Shown: positions 37,755 to 48,201, counted from the first letter of the stretch. The stretch is 56,082 bases of DNA from a virus (IMGVR_UViG_3300011417_000011:1-56082); one strand, 5' to 3'. The notes: generated by a model not told the origin, from the sequence alone. Program-made: numbers and translations.

Positions 37755-38822
37755 TTATTCCTGCTCTTCGTCCGAAGCTTCAGAAATAACACCAGTAGTC
37801 TGGGCTGCCGCAGTCTCAAACTGTGGCAGATCAAAGTATATCCTTGTTCCAACCGCACACCTGCATTGAATAGAATCCGAAGCAGGAGCGTCTGGATCGC
37901 AGGGGTATCTAATAAGATTACCCTCCCCCGATTCGAAGGGCTCTCCAAAGGGACGTTCCTGTCCCTGCATCGCTTCGTGCGAATCGCGAACCCTAGTGTC
38001 CCCCGCCGTATTCCACTCCCTTACGATCTGCTTCGGATCAAGATCACCCTTATCAATCGCCTGCTGATAGATTGCTTCAGAGCCTTCATGCGCAGCGCGA
38101 AGGCTCTCAGTCCGTGCGATAACTTCGGCACGATATGCTAACATCCTATTAGCATATCGTTCGACCATTTGGTCGATCTGCTCAGTAGTCAGCGGAGTTT
38201 CTGTGTCGATCGCGCGCTGTACCGTCGAATCAAACCGCTTATCCCGTAGAGCACGGTCAAGAGCGTCGCTTGTTCCCGCCTCAAGAGAGTTCCTATAGTT
38301 ACTTACGGCGTTCCATTGATTCTCCGTCAGTCCTATGGATTGACGGAGGTCTCGAGCAACCTCTCGCGGATTCGTTCCATTCTCAACACCGTTCTCAAGG
38401 ATCGATTTAACGACTTTCGTCTGCTCTTCTGTGAAACCCTTGACCTTATCAAGTGAATTCTGACGGATCGCATTAAGCGCTCCCTCATTGACCTGATCAA
38501 ACGACACATCCAACCGTGTCGCTTCCGAAAGAGCCTTCGCTGCCGACTGGGCAGATTCAATATAAGCGGTCGTCATCTGAGCCGCGAGAGATTCTCCCGC
38601 GCGCTCGATGATCTCTGTGACCTCATCAAACCGTCCTTCTGCAAGGAGAGCCATGAGATTCACACCGAAGGGACCTTTACCTGCGTCGATCTCATTTTGG
38701 ATTGCAGAAACAGTATCAAGAAAGGCCCCCTGCAATTCCGGCTCAAGTTCGTCAATGAGATTCCAGATTCTATCTGGAATATCCTTGTAGACCCACTTCT
38801 TCGTCTTCGGATCGTACGGCAT
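37755..38822 (-). CDS. MuF / SPP1 gp7-like minor head protein
   Basis: RAEVIARTE, W.TAGD.RVRDSH, PF, YP.DP, IQCRC. Confidence 0.9.
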   Translation of the reverse strand: MPYDPKTKKWVYKDIPDRIWNLIDELEPELQGAFLDTVSAIQNEIDAGKGPFGVNLMALLAEGRFDEVTEIIERAGESLAAQMTTAYIESAQSAAKALSEATRLDVSFDQVNEGALNAIRQNSLDKVKGFTEEQTKVVKSILENGVENGTNPREVARDLRQSIGLTENQWNAVSNYRNSLEAGTSDALDRALRDKRFDSTVQRAIDTETPLTTEQIDQMVERYANRMLAYRAEVIARTESLRAAHEGSEAIYQQAIDKGDLDPKQIVREWNTAGDTRVRDSHEAMQGQERPFGEPFESGEGNLIRYPCDPDAPASDSIQCRCAVGTRIYFDLPQFETAAAQTTGVISEASDEEQE

Positions 38823-39196
38823 TATTCCCTACACTGGCAGGTGTACGTTGCGTTCGCTGGGTCGGAGGTCACTGGTCCTACGATCCGATATTCCTTCTCG
38901 AGGATTTGAATTTTATCCTGAGCTTCAGGAACCCGACCGCCATCAATAGTAGCAGCCAGCAGAGTAATCTTGCGATCCCCCGCCTTAACGAGCGAATTCG
39001 CAAGATCATATCTCGAATACTCCGAGATAACGCCCTTCGCTTTGAACTTCTTTTTGGATTTGGGGTCTTTGCCGGAAATATCGGTCGTGTCAATATTTCC
39101 GGCAAGTTCTTTTATTAGGGTGCAATCGAGAATACCACCCGCACTCTTGATAGAGTCTGCCGCGATCTTCGCAATATCTAGGCCAAAGAGTTTCAC
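38822..39196 (-). CDS. Head closure / head-tail joining protein
   Basis: V..GDRK...LA, P...D.I, DPA.ATY.CQ.R. Confidence 0.75.
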   Translation of the reverse strand: MKLFGLDIAKIAADSIKSAGGILDCTLIKELAGNIDTTDISGKDPKSKKKFKAKGVISEYSRYDLANSLVKAGDRKITLLAATIDGGRVPEAQDKIQILEKEYRIVGPVTSDPANATYTCQCRE

Positions 39197-39993
39197 GGAT
39201 AGCCTCTACTGCGATCGAACTGGTTGCAGTTCCTAAAGCTACTGGGCTCAGAGGCCCCAGTGGTTTCTGGGCCTCCGATCCCAGAGCTACTCCCCCCACC
39301 CATAAGCGGAAGAAGTAGTTCTTGGACAGAACTCGGGAATCGCCCAGTGTCCCGGAGGGGGTTGAAAAACGAAACGCTGACCGGCCCAGCGCTAACAGAA
39401 CTGATGTTGGAGTCCTGGTTAGCCTTCGTGAAGAGCTCAGGATTCTGACTTAGCTCATACGCCCCCTCAATTTGAGCGTACATCAGATTGAGCGGGTAGG
39501 CGTTGGGGTCGAGAGCAATACCTTCCTTGTCGGCCACACCCGTTCTAGGCCAGAGCGCGGTCTGCGTCTTGAACGTTGGCGTCAACTGCGCTCCCGTTCC
39601 AGTTCCGCCAGACAAATCTGCCGGGGCAGTTGGAGCGGTCGTATAGCCTCCGACATCCGTCGTCAAGAGCCCTGTGATCCCGCCCGAGCCGTCGATGCTA
39701 GAGACGAGGAATGTGGCTGCGGTTCCCGCTCCGCCGACCAGCGTGAGAACATCGCCAACGACGTATCCCGTTCCTACCGTCGCAATCACGAACGAAGACA
39801 GAATATTCAGCCCCGTCTTCGTTCCAATATAGTTCTGCCTCTCGAGCAATCTGAAGAAAGAGATCAGAGCGTTAATCTTCGTGTCGTCGTCCAAGTTGCT
39901 CCACTTCTCAGCCGCATCAATTCGCGCGGCGAGATAGTCGTCAGCTTGTGCGACGGTCACGTAGGAGTTCTGTCCAACAATAATGCTGGGCAT
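39193..39993 (-). CDS. Head-tail adaptor (DnaT-like) with inserted GxGY module
   Basis: NSYVTVA.AD.Y, Y.G.K...Q.ALWPR split by an ~80-aa insert, AQIE.A, GPVSVSF. Confidence 0.82.
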   Translation of the reverse strand: MPSIIVGQNSYVTVAQADDYLAARIDAAEKWSNLDDDTKINALISFFRLLERQNYIGTKTGLNILSSFVIATVGTGYVVGDVLTLVGGAGTAATFLVSSIDGSGGITGLLTTDVGGYTTAPTAPADLSGGTGTGAQLTPTFKTQTALWPRTGVADKEGIALDPNAYPLNLMYAQIEGAYELSQNPELFTKANQDSNISSVSAGPVSVSFFNPLRDTGRFPSSVQELLLPLMGGGSSSGIGGPETTGASEPSSFRNCNQFDRSRGYP

Positions 39994-39994
39994 A

Positions 39995-41776
39995 TCACAC
40001 CGTCCTTACAGTTCTATTGATCCCAGCTGGAAGAATCGTCTGGTAAGTAAGTTCGTATGTTCCAATTGCTACAGAACTTCCACGAATAAGATCAGCATAG
40101 TCCCTTGGAACCTCACCGAGCTTCTGGCCAGCGTTAAGGCAAGGACTATCAGCCTGGAACCTGAAGTCACCAGTTCCTCCGTTGATGAATTTAGGGTCTC
40201 GGAAGAATGAATGCTGATCATTTTTGTTCGAGAGCAGAGCTTTCCACTGGGAAAAGCTCTTAGTCACACCAGCAACGGCGCAGAAGTTCGCATCATCAGC
40301 ATCATTCGTTCCCCCAGAGCGGAAGAAGCAGCAATAATCCATGTCGATCGTTGACGCTGTTTCAACAGAGAAGAACGGCTCATTATCGTTACGGTAGAAG
40401 ACTATGTTACGGATCTTCGTGGCCGTGGCGTTAGAGTCGATCGTGAAATTGCGAATCCCCGCTCCAGGATCGTAAGAAACGCCGTGGTAGATTCGTGTAT
40501 CGTTCGCCTTATGCGTTGAGTCATAACCACGAATTACGATTCCGGTGTGGGCTCCAAAGAACTTGAAGTTCCGGAGGAGTGAGTTGTCATTATGGTTGAA
40601 GTCGATCGCGACGGCGGTATCGAGACCTGCGCGCGCAATTAGACGTTCGCCGAGCCAATTCGTTGAAGCTGCGAAGGTAGTTCCGTTACTACCAGGATAA
40701 TAAGCAGCGCCAGCGTTCCTCGTGTTCGAGACGTCGCAGTCCGCGACGTAGACGTAGCGCGAGGAGACCGAGCGCAGGCAGTCGTTCGCCTCGATCGATC
40801 CGATGACGATGAGCCGCCGGAAGCACCCGTGGTTGATGTCCGTGCCGTAGACCTGGTGCTCGGCGTTCACGCCGCCGAGGCCGTTGCCGTCGATCGTGAC
40901 GCCATCGAGCGCGGCCCAGTTGCATGCGACGTGGAGCCCGGTCGTCGCGCTCCCCGTGACGCGGCCGCCGACGAAGGCGCGCTTGAAGTTGCCCTGCAGC
41001 GCGACGCCGAAGTTCTCGAAGACGCAGTCGTCGTACTGCGAGCCTGGGATGTTCGACCCGACTCCATCGTCCTCCTGCGCATCCTTGAAGCAGCGCAGCC
41101 CCTTGAAGTAGACCGACCAGCCCCACTCGTCGGGGACGTGATGGTCGGCGAGGAACGCGATCCTCTTGCCCGTTCCGAAGTGGACGTTCGGGCGCGCGCC
41201 GCTGTCGTAGGCGTCAAAGACCAGCGGCCCGAAGTCGAAGTCGTCGTAGTGCCGCGGCGACGTGACGTCGTCGTTGTTGCTGGTCCAGTTGACCCCGTCG
41301 CCCGCCTTCGTGCGGACGCGGCCAGGCGTGTACCTGGAATGGGTGATGTCGCCCTCGAACCAGCGGTAGCCGCTGCGCTCCCAGCTCGAGTAGGCGTGCG
41401 CGTCGTCGACGCCGGTGTCGGAGTCGCTGCCCGCGCCCTTATGGTAGGTGTCCATCACGAGCGGCACGGACGGAAGGTCGATGGCGATGATGTCCTTCGT
41501 CGTTGAATTAGTCCCGCCGCCATCGCCAAGGATCACCATCGTTACGGTATGCGTCGCAACCGTAAGTGGTTTGTGGTAGACATGGCGACCACTATCAGTC
41601 CAGCCACAGGTGCAGGACCAACGCCAGTCAACGACCTTCGTATCGCCGCCACTAGCAGTTGAAAGAGCTCCGGAAAGCTGCTCGATCGTGTAGCCAGCAT
41701 AATGCAGAGAATCCTCGGTCCCAGATTCTCCAAGAGCCCCATCTTTCGGCATTGCGATGACTGGGCTAACGGACAT
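39995..41776 (-). CDS. PKD-like domain plus right-handed beta-helix (putative depolymerase)
   Basis: LSGALS....WRW....G..V.H...H.VT PKD pattern; parallel beta-helix repeats; DPKFIN...GDFR....SPC.NAG, IG.YE. Confidence 0.72.
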   Translation of the reverse strand: MSVSPVIAMPKDGALGESGTEDSLHYAGYTIEQLSGALSTASGGDTKVVDWRWSCTCGWTDSGRHVYHKPLTVATHTVTMVILGDGGGTNSTTKDIIAIDLPSVPLVMDTYHKGAGSDSDTGVDDAHAYSSWERSGYRWFEGDITHSRYTPGRVRTKAGDGVNWTSNNDDVTSPRHYDDFDFGPLVFDAYDSGARPNVHFGTGKRIAFLADHHVPDEWGWSVYFKGLRCFKDAQEDDGVGSNIPGSQYDDCVFENFGVALQGNFKRAFVGGRVTGSATTGLHVACNWAALDGVTIDGNGLGGVNAEHQVYGTDINHGCFRRLIVIGSIEANDCLRSVSSRYVYVADCDVSNTRNAGAAYYPGSNGTTFAASTNWLGERLIARAGLDTAVAIDFNHNDNSLLRNFKFFGAHTGIVIRGYDSTHKANDTRIYHGVSYDPGAGIRNFTIDSNATATKIRNIVFYRNDNEPFFSVETASTIDMDYCCFFRSGGTNDADDANFCAVAGVTKSFSQWKALLSNKNDQHSFFRDPKFINGGTGDFRFQADSPCLNAGQKLGEVPRDYADLIRGSSVAIGTYELTYQTILPAGINRTVRTV

Positions 41777-41948
41777 GAGAAATCATCCTCTCGAGCAGCT
41801 TCTTAATAGCAGAGGGAAGGAGCAGCAAAGAGATAAAAGAAAATTCGACGAGTAGCGTTAGAAGGATTAGCCCACGCATTCCTGGCATCAGGAAGAACGC
41901 CACTAGACGAATCATCACGGAAAAGAGATATAGGCCCTGAACTGGCAT
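41766..41948 (-). CDS. Small two-TM membrane protein
   Basis: Two hydrophobic segments; fills the operon gap. Confidence 0.45.
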   Translation of the reverse strand: MPVQGLYLFSVMIRLVAFFLMPGMRGLILLTLLVEFSFISLLLLPSAIKKLLERMISHVR

Positions 41949-41951
41949 GCG

Positions 41952-44900
41952 CTACTCGATGTTGACCGCTACAGTTACATCGCCAACAGCCACGACATCG
42001 CTCTTATTGGATTGGTCGAAGAGCTCGAGCTCTGCGTGGTAATCGCCGCGTAGAGCTCGAGTGTCCGCACTCCGAAGACGGACGAGTACGATTCCGGGAG
42101 CGATCCTAAACCCCAGCTTCAGGATTGCTCCTACGCCCGTCCCGCCCCTACACCCAGCGACCGTAGATGGGCGTTGGATATAAGAGCCAGGAGAGAAAAT
42201 GCTAACCAGAGTAACTCCACCGAATGAATTCGTTGCGGCCACTCTTATGAGTCCGCCCAGACCAGATCCTCCCGTGATCGATAGAATGTCCCCAACGCTG
42301 TATCCTGATCCGTTAGTCGCGACGATAGCGCTACTGATCTCAGAGATAGATACCGAAACGTCAGGTGTCTTCTTATCGACGGACGGTGTAGAGGCATAGT
42401 TAGAGAACGGCATCGACTTCGTGAGAGACCACTTAGCGCTGACTCCTGTAAGGTCAAGTAGGGTGCTTCCTGAGGCATCGGACCTCATGTCTGAAATCTG
42501 GTATCTAAGAAACATCGAGTCGCCAGCGAAGATTGTGAGCGGTTCCAACTCCGTCGCCATGACATCGAACGCGATGTCGTACCTCGCTGGGATTGCAACA
42601 GAGTTCGGAACCGGGATCGGTGTGAACTTAATAAAGACCGTACTATACGCTGGTAGATCTGTTACAGTAATCTGCCCCGTCGTAAGATCAAAATCAACAT
42701 CTACGGCAGTCGTTGGATTCCCGTAGTAGTCAAGCACCGAAACGTTAACTCCATTTCCAACGAGTAGTCCGTAGGAATCAACGTCGATCGTCCCAGACCA
42801 GTCACCTGTGACTTCAGTCCAATTGACAAAGAAGCCAGCGACTGCCCCCGTGAAGCGGTCACGGTGGAAGGCGCTGATGATTCGAGGGGTGCTGTTATGG
42901 TCATAGATGACGTCGTAGGAGTAGTACCTGAAGCCAGTATACAGAGTGTTAGCTAGACTCGTTGTGAAAGAAGTTCCAGTAGGGCTAAGGACAGGAGGGC
43001 TAAGAAGATCGCCATAGCGCAGATAAGGAGTAGCCCATCTTGTCTCTGCGATAGCCATCTGTACCCAGAGGTCACGAATTTGTTTAACTTCATCGTTAAC
43101 GGTGCCCCCGCCTGAAAAGTAGTTAGCATCATCGAAGAGGTTAAGCTCGGCTCCGTCAACGTCATCTGCATAGAGTGAAAGAGTTGTCGCTGTGAGTCCA
43201 TACGGCCATTCGACGCACATCTCATACGCAAGCGTTCGATGCAGCAGGCTATCAGCCCGATAAGCAGGCTTAATGGTAGCGCTGCTGAACTCATGGTTCA
43301 AAGCACGACCGAACGTTCGCCCAGCGTGTACGACGGCAAAAAGTGGAACGGCCTTAAATCCGTCAGAGGGCTGAACACCGTTGCGCCAGAGTTCTCCGGA
43401 CGAGAGCGTGTGCCAACAGAAGTCCATCCCACGCATCATTGTCTCATCAATGTCCTCGCATGAGAACATATGCGCGACTTTGTTCGCCACGCTCTGCTGG
43501 GCAGCGCGAACAAGATCCCGGCTAGACTCAATGAACTGAGTCATCGCTTCCGTATACCACGAGCCTCCGCCAAGAGGATGTTGCTGATAGGACGCATCGA
43601 TTCGGGACCAAGTTCCGTGATCCCGATAGCAGGACATGTTGTAGACGAGCGGCTGGAAGTGATTCGGCTCTGAGAAGACGTCGAAGTAGGTATGGCAGTT
43701 CCTGGCAACCCTGAATCGTCCCTCAGCGTAGTTCAGCGAGAGTTCTGTGAGGAAGGACTGTGCGTGGATGACCGCATGTGGACAGAAAAATGCGGTCGTT
43801 TCGATGTCTGAAGAAGAGACAACGAGTTGGTCGCCGGGGACCGGAATGACATTTGTTCCGGTCCCGTCCGTTGGAATAGACGAGCAGTGAACAGCATTAG
43901 CAGAGATCGACGCAACAGTGACCTGAGCAAGACGAGCGTTCGCAGCAGGCTTTAGGGTTGCAATAAGAGCCTGGATAAAGAATTGAGCTTCGAGCGAGGG
44001 GTCATCGTCAACGAAGATTGTGTTCGTCAGAGAATCCCAGCCAGTGACGTTGTAGGTTCTCTCGTGGTAGAAGCTCTTATTCCTCTTCTCACAAAGACTA
44101 TCGTTCTCGCCACCACACGCGACGTCTGCGACTTCGATGCGTCCTCTCCTAGACATTATCATCGAGCCAACGAAGTCTTGGTCCTGCCAGACATTCAAAA
44201 CATCGTTCGCCCAGCGATACTTCGACATCAGTTCTGGGCCGACATTGAAAGGAGTCCATTTTCCAAGAAAAATGTTCTGATCGAAGAGGAGGGGGAGGGT
44301 CTGCCTAAGATCCCCGACCTCGTCCTCCCACATTGTTCTGAAGTTATCAAATGTTGCCTCGATGGTCCCGAAGACTGGGGTTTCGGTGCCGACCCCTACC
44401 GCGGCTCGCGCTGAGTTTATTAGCGCAAGGATCGGAGCAGTTGTTCCAGTGTATCCAACGTGAGAGACGTCGATGAAGAGGTAAGGACGCTTCTCAAGAT
44501 CCGAGTTACCTGGGCGCTCGTTTCGTCTCTCGACCAGCCATGGAGGATTAACTGCCTCAAGACGTTGCTTATACTGGGAGGCGATGTCCCACCAGCCGTG
44601 CTCGGCGGTCGTCCCAAGCGGCATCAGGCACGTTGAGACAACTTCTAGGCTCCGATTATTATTCCCCGGCTGAATGTTATCCTCCGCCGGGAAGTACATC
44701 TCGTTCAGGATATTCTCGCCGTCGGACTGGAATGTACAAGCAAGGAGGGACTTATCCCAGCGCTCGTTCCAGATCATCCATGCTTCATTGGAGAGCGTTT
44801 CGTAATAGCCCCAGAAGCACATGTTCCAGCCACGACCAGAAGGATAGAACCAGTTATTATGAAGAAGGGCTGCGAATGTCGCAGCTGTTCTTCCATTCTG

Positions 44901-45515
44901 AGGGTCCCAGCGAAGATTAGTGACTGGGTCCTTAGACGTCATGCCAAACGTAATAGGCATTACCGCGAAATCGTTGCCACGATTCTTTGGGGCGACACGG
45001 ACTGGAAGTAGGCACACTGAATCGACAGCGTATTGAACAGCAGTTCCGACCCAGGACACCGTACAAGAAGCACGGAGGAAGTCCTCGCCAGCCCTAAGTT
45101 CGAGCGAGACGCGAACATCTAAGACGTCAGTGCCTCCGACCGAGACGCTCGGCCAACGCAGAACGATCTCGGTCGGGGTAGCCGACGGGGCGTCCATGAG
45201 AGCGGCCGTCGGTAGGAGCGTAGAGGTGGCGAGAGCGTCCCTCTGGTTGGTGTCGGTGATGATCAGCCGCCAGAGATTCTCTTCGACGTTCGTCCAGGTC
45301 TTAAGGTTGTCGTCCTCAGCTTTGCGAGAAAATTGGACGAGACGAAATCCACCAATCTCGTCCTGTGCGAAGACAAACTGCGAATGCTGGTTCTCAAGAG
45401 TGTACGTTGCAAGGTCGGTTGAGCCAGACACGCAGCCAGAGGACTGCGTGCCTGGCTTATCGGACGGAGTTCTTAGGAAGAGGTCTAGCTGACCGTCAAC
45501 ATCAATCTCAATCAC
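41952..45515 (-). CDS. Large putative glycoside hydrolase-like protein (DUF6259-like) with C-terminal BppU-like anchor
   Basis: Beta-supersandwich N-terminus (FYPSG..W.M.F), WWDIA..Y, YFD, CY..H...HP.GGG.W, SCE, PLF..VH; C-terminal GD...L...DLTG.SAKW...Y..ELE. Confidence 0.55.
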   Translation of the reverse strand: MIEIDVDGQLDLFLRTPSDKPGTQSSGCVSGSTDLATYTLENQHSQFVFAQDEIGGFRLVQFSRKAEDDNLKTWTNVEENLWRLIITDTNQRDALATSTLLPTAALMDAPSATPTEIVLRWPSVSVGGTDVLDVRVSLELRAGEDFLRASCTVSWVGTAVQYAVDSVCLLPVRVAPKNRGNDFAVMPITFGMTSKDPVTNLRWDPQNGRTAATFAALLHNNWFYPSGRGWNMCFWGYYETLSNEAWMIWNERWDKSLLACTFQSDGENILNEMYFPAEDNIQPGNNNRSLEVVSTCLMPLGTTAEHGWWDIASQYKQRLEAVNPPWLVERRNERPGNSDLEKRPYLFIDVSHVGYTGTTAPILALINSARAAVGVGTETPVFGTIEATFDNFRTMWEDEVGDLRQTLPLLFDQNIFLGKWTPFNVGPELMSKYRWANDVLNVWQDQDFVGSMIMSRRGRIEVADVACGGENDSLCEKRNKSFYHERTYNVTGWDSLTNTIFVDDDPSLEAQFFIQALIATLKPAANARLAQVTVASISANAVHCSSIPTDGTGTNVIPVPGDQLVVSSSDIETTAFFCPHAVIHAQSFLTELSLNYAEGRFRVARNCHTYFDVFSEPNHFQPLVYNMSCYRDHGTWSRIDASYQQHPLGGGSWYTEAMTQFIESSRDLVRAAQQSVANKVAHMFSCEDIDETMMRGMDFCWHTLSSGELWRNGVQPSDGFKAVPLFAVVHAGRTFGRALNHEFSSATIKPAYRADSLLHRTLAYEMCVEWPYGLTATTLSLYADDVDGAELNLFDDANYFSGGGTVNDEVKQIRDLWVQMAIAETRWATPYLRYGDLLSPPVLSPTGTSFTTSLANTLYTGFRYYSYDVIYDHNSTPRIISAFHRDRFTGAVAGFFVNWTEVTGDWSGTIDVDSYGLLVGNGVNVSVLDYYGNPTTAVDVDFDLTTGQITVTDLPAYSTVFIKFTPIPVPNSVAIPARYDIAFDVMATELEPLTIFAGDSMFLRYQISDMRSDASGSTLLDLTGVSAKWSLTKSMPFSNYASTPSVDKKTPDVSVSISEISSAIVATNGSGYSVGDILSITGGSGLGGLIRVAATNSFGGVTLVSIFSPGSYIQRPSTVAGCRGGTGVGAILKLGFRIAPGIVLVRLRSADTRALRGDYHAELELFDQSNKSDVVAVGDVTVAVNIE

Positions 45516-46273
45516 GCGCCGAACCTCACAGCGACTGGGATGCGAGTTTCATAGCTAAGAATCGAGAGACCAGCGCGAACCGCATGGTTAAACTTCAAGG
45601 TAGCGGAAACAACTCTAGCTCCGGTGATCCCAAGAACGGTTTTGGAGAAGTAGATGTTCCCGTCGAAGGTGTTTTCGACGAAGTCCGTGCCAGAAACGAC
45701 GATTAAATTCGTGTTAGCGGCCCTGTCCGTAACGGCCAGGGACAGGTTCGAAATCACACTCGCTGTTCCATCTGGGCGATTCGTTGCAGTGAGTGGCGAG
45801 AAATAATGCTTATGATCCCACCAACGGTGAATCGAAATGCACCCAGAGATCTGCGGAGCGCTCGATGGCCCAGGGAGATAGGAGAGGCCGAGTTTGACGT
45901 CGAAATCTGGTCGAACTTCGTACATCATCGCGACAGGAATGAAGTCTCCAGGAGTGGTAGGATAGATCTTCAGGCCGCAGAGCCCAACCTGCGCAAGATC
46001 GACGTCATGCCCACCAATCTGAGGCTCTCCCCACAGAGCGAGACGGTAGAATCCGTCCCCACCCAGCGTAAGGGTATTAGCCGGAGGAGAAGTATGCTTA
46101 TCGTGGATCGAACCGTCTGGGAAATAGACTGTGGCCTTTACGGTAGTGCCAAGAACACCACCACTAAACGGTGCCCCATCCTCCTGAACGAGACGGAATA
46201 GGACGGATTCAACCCCGATCCCGTATCGCTTAGTCCCAGCATATTGGGCACTACCTGCAGAAGTCGTAGCCAT
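45512..46273 (-). CDS. Hypothetical beta-rich virion protein
   Basis: Coupled within the late operon. Confidence 0.55.
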   Translation of the reverse strand: MATTSAGSAQYAGTKRYGIGVESVLFRLVQEDGAPFSGGVLGTTVKATVYFPDGSIHDKHTSPPANTLTLGGDGFYRLALWGEPQIGGHDVDLAQVGLCGLKIYPTTPGDFIPVAMMYEVRPDFDVKLGLSYLPGPSSAPQISGCISIHRWWDHKHYFSPLTATNRPDGTASVISNLSLAVTDRAANTNLIVVSGTDFVENTFDGNIYFSKTVLGITGARVVSATLKFNHAVRAGLSILSYETRIPVAVRFGA

Positions 46274-47526
46274 TAGACATTCACCACATTACGGAGGACT
46301 GCGAAGTCTCCAGCACCAACGACCACAGTCTCTCCGTCCTCATCCACGAATTCTAGTTCTTGGTGGAAGTCACCAAAAAGCTTTTCTGTGTCTTTCTTCT
46401 CGATAGAGACCAGAATGGTTCCGATTGCGTCGCGTATCGTGAGGCTAAGTCTAAGTCCAGAACCAGATTCACCTTGAAGGCCGACGTCCGCAGAAGGAGC
46501 TGTGAAATAAGCTCCCCTATTAAGGAGTTGCACCTGAGCCACAGCTCCTTCTGCGGACGCGGATAGCACCTTCACCGCACCCGGAGCACCAACCCCACCT
46601 GCGATGGTAAGAATTTCCCCAACGTTGTAACCGAGACCCGCGTCTAAAATACTAACCATAGCAATCTCAATGCTGCTGACAGATGCAGCCTTGGTTACGA
46701 TGGCGCGCTTGTTATACTCTCCGGCCGTCTCTTTACTTAGTGCCCAGCGAGCACTAAACGCACGGATATCAACGGGGAAGTCTCCAATCTCATCGAGAAT
46801 CACAAACTTCTGGACGCGCGCGTTGCCTGCATACATCTCGACAGGGTCGAGCAGTCTCTCATTTGGAGAGAAAGTAATATTGTGGACATCGAGGAGTGTA
46901 AGCTCGATAGGGAGTGGGATGCTTGGGCGACCAAAACTTTCATGTGAAGCAAGCCCAGACATTGCGACCGTCTGGTCCTGCTGTATTACAATCCTCGGGA
47001 CCCCTCCACCCGAGTTCGTCCGAATCCTTGGAACCTTGATCGTCTGATTAAGCTTGAGCCCAACGCTGAATCGCTCCGTTGTCCCAATACTTGATGGGGA
47101 GATTGAGTAGACAGAGATGTTCGAAAGAGTCGGAGACCCGAACCCCTCGTGAGAAGCAATCCCGATCGCTCCGATTGGAAATCCGACCTGCGCCCGACCG
47201 AACGCTGCAAGGGATCCTGGGCTAGCGGAGAATGAACCAGGAATTCCGGCCGGCAGGACGTTCTGTTGCACTGCTGGAGAACCAAGTCCTCCAACTGGCT
47301 CAATTCCAGTCGGTTGAAGTGTGTGCGACGTCGTGTTCGATAGAGTCGGAGACCCCGCCAGGAAATAGGAACTGATCCCAAACGGTTTAACCGTTAGGAT
47401 GATCATTAAGCCAGCGCCGGATCCACCGGAAAGACCGGAGGATCCGGCGAAGGCAGATCCCTTAATCCCTGATGGCTTAACCTTCAGCGCGAGACTAGGG
47501 ATGCCGATAGCATCCTGGTCAGACAT
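46273..47526 (-). CDS. Repeat-containing virion protein with BppU-like C-terminus
   Basis: Repeated PxGIxSxExFGxPxL-like units; C-terminal ~180 aa resembles that of 41952-45515. Confidence 0.65.
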   Translation of the reverse strand: MSDQDAIGIPSLALKVKPSGIKGSAFAGSSGLSGGSGAGLMIILTVKPFGISSYFLAGSPTLSNTTSHTLQPTGIEPVGGLGSPAVQQNVLPAGIPGSFSASPGSLAAFGRAQVGFPIGAIGIASHEGFGSPTLSNISVYSISPSSIGTTERFSVGLKLNQTIKVPRIRTNSGGGVPRIVIQQDQTVAMSGLASHESFGRPSIPLPIELTLLDVHNITFSPNERLLDPVEMYAGNARVQKFVILDEIGDFPVDIRAFSARWALSKETAGEYNKRAIVTKAASVSSIEIAMVSILDAGLGYNVGEILTIAGGVGAPGAVKVLSASAEGAVAQVQLLNRGAYFTAPSADVGLQGESGSGLRLSLTIRDAIGTILVSIEKKDTEKLFGDFHQELEFVDEDGETVVVGAGDFAVLRNVVNV

Positions 47527-47529
47527 TGG

Positions 47530-48201
47530 TTACAGCATGAAGATCCGGAAGCGACCGTTATCCCACTGGATCTGGATGTCAGCGCCATTCGGCGTGACAG
47601 GCAGCCCAGTTGCTGTGTCAATGAACGCGATGAGCGGCGAGGTCGAGGCGGTCCCAGTGTCCTTGAAGATCACAACTGCCTCACACGGCGATCCCGCAGG
47701 GACCGACGAGAACGTCACGTCAGCAGCATCGAATACCCCACCACGCGGCGAGTTAGTCGTCTTGCTGGCAAGGTTACCAGACGCAGACACGCGCGCGCCA
47801 ATCGGAATGTCCGACAGGAACACGTGCACGGTCAGGTTGACCGTATGCCCACCGCTGGTGTAGGCGCCGTTGCCAGTGATATTCGCAAGTGTGTTCTGGT
47901 CCTGCAGCGAAAAGGTCGTCGAGCTCAGGACCGTAATGCTGAAGACGCCGTTCGCATTAGTGTTACCGCCAACGCCACTGATTGTGACGATGTCGCCAGT
48001 AGTGTAACCGTGTGCCGACGGAGTAGTGATTACGATCGGCGCAACGCCGTTGCCAGTACACCCGCTGACTGCAACACCATACTGGTCCAGGTCGATCAGA
48101 CCACACTTGATGTTGTTCGCATTGATGTCGAAGGAAGTAGAATTAGCGTCCTTCGCATCAAGGATCATCCGACGCCCAGACTCATAGAGAGCAGAACCCA
48201 T
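47530..48201 (-). CDS. Small virion subunit with inserted FCCH-like beta domain
   Basis: PIVITT..AHGY.TGD.V.ISGV.GNT.ANG insert; core FDAADVTF...PLIAFID...PNG.DI...WD. Confidence 0.7.
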   Translation of the reverse strand: MGSALYESGRRMILDAKDANSTSFDINANNIKCGLIDLDQYGVAVSGCTGNGVAPIVITTPSAHGYTTGDIVTISGVGGNTNANGVFSITVLSSTTFSLQDQNTLANITGNGAYTSGGHTVNLTVHVFLSDIPIGARVSASGNLASKTTNSPRGGVFDAADVTFSSVPAGSPCEAVVIFKDTGTASTSPLIAFIDTATGLPVTPNGADIQIQWDNGRFRIFML

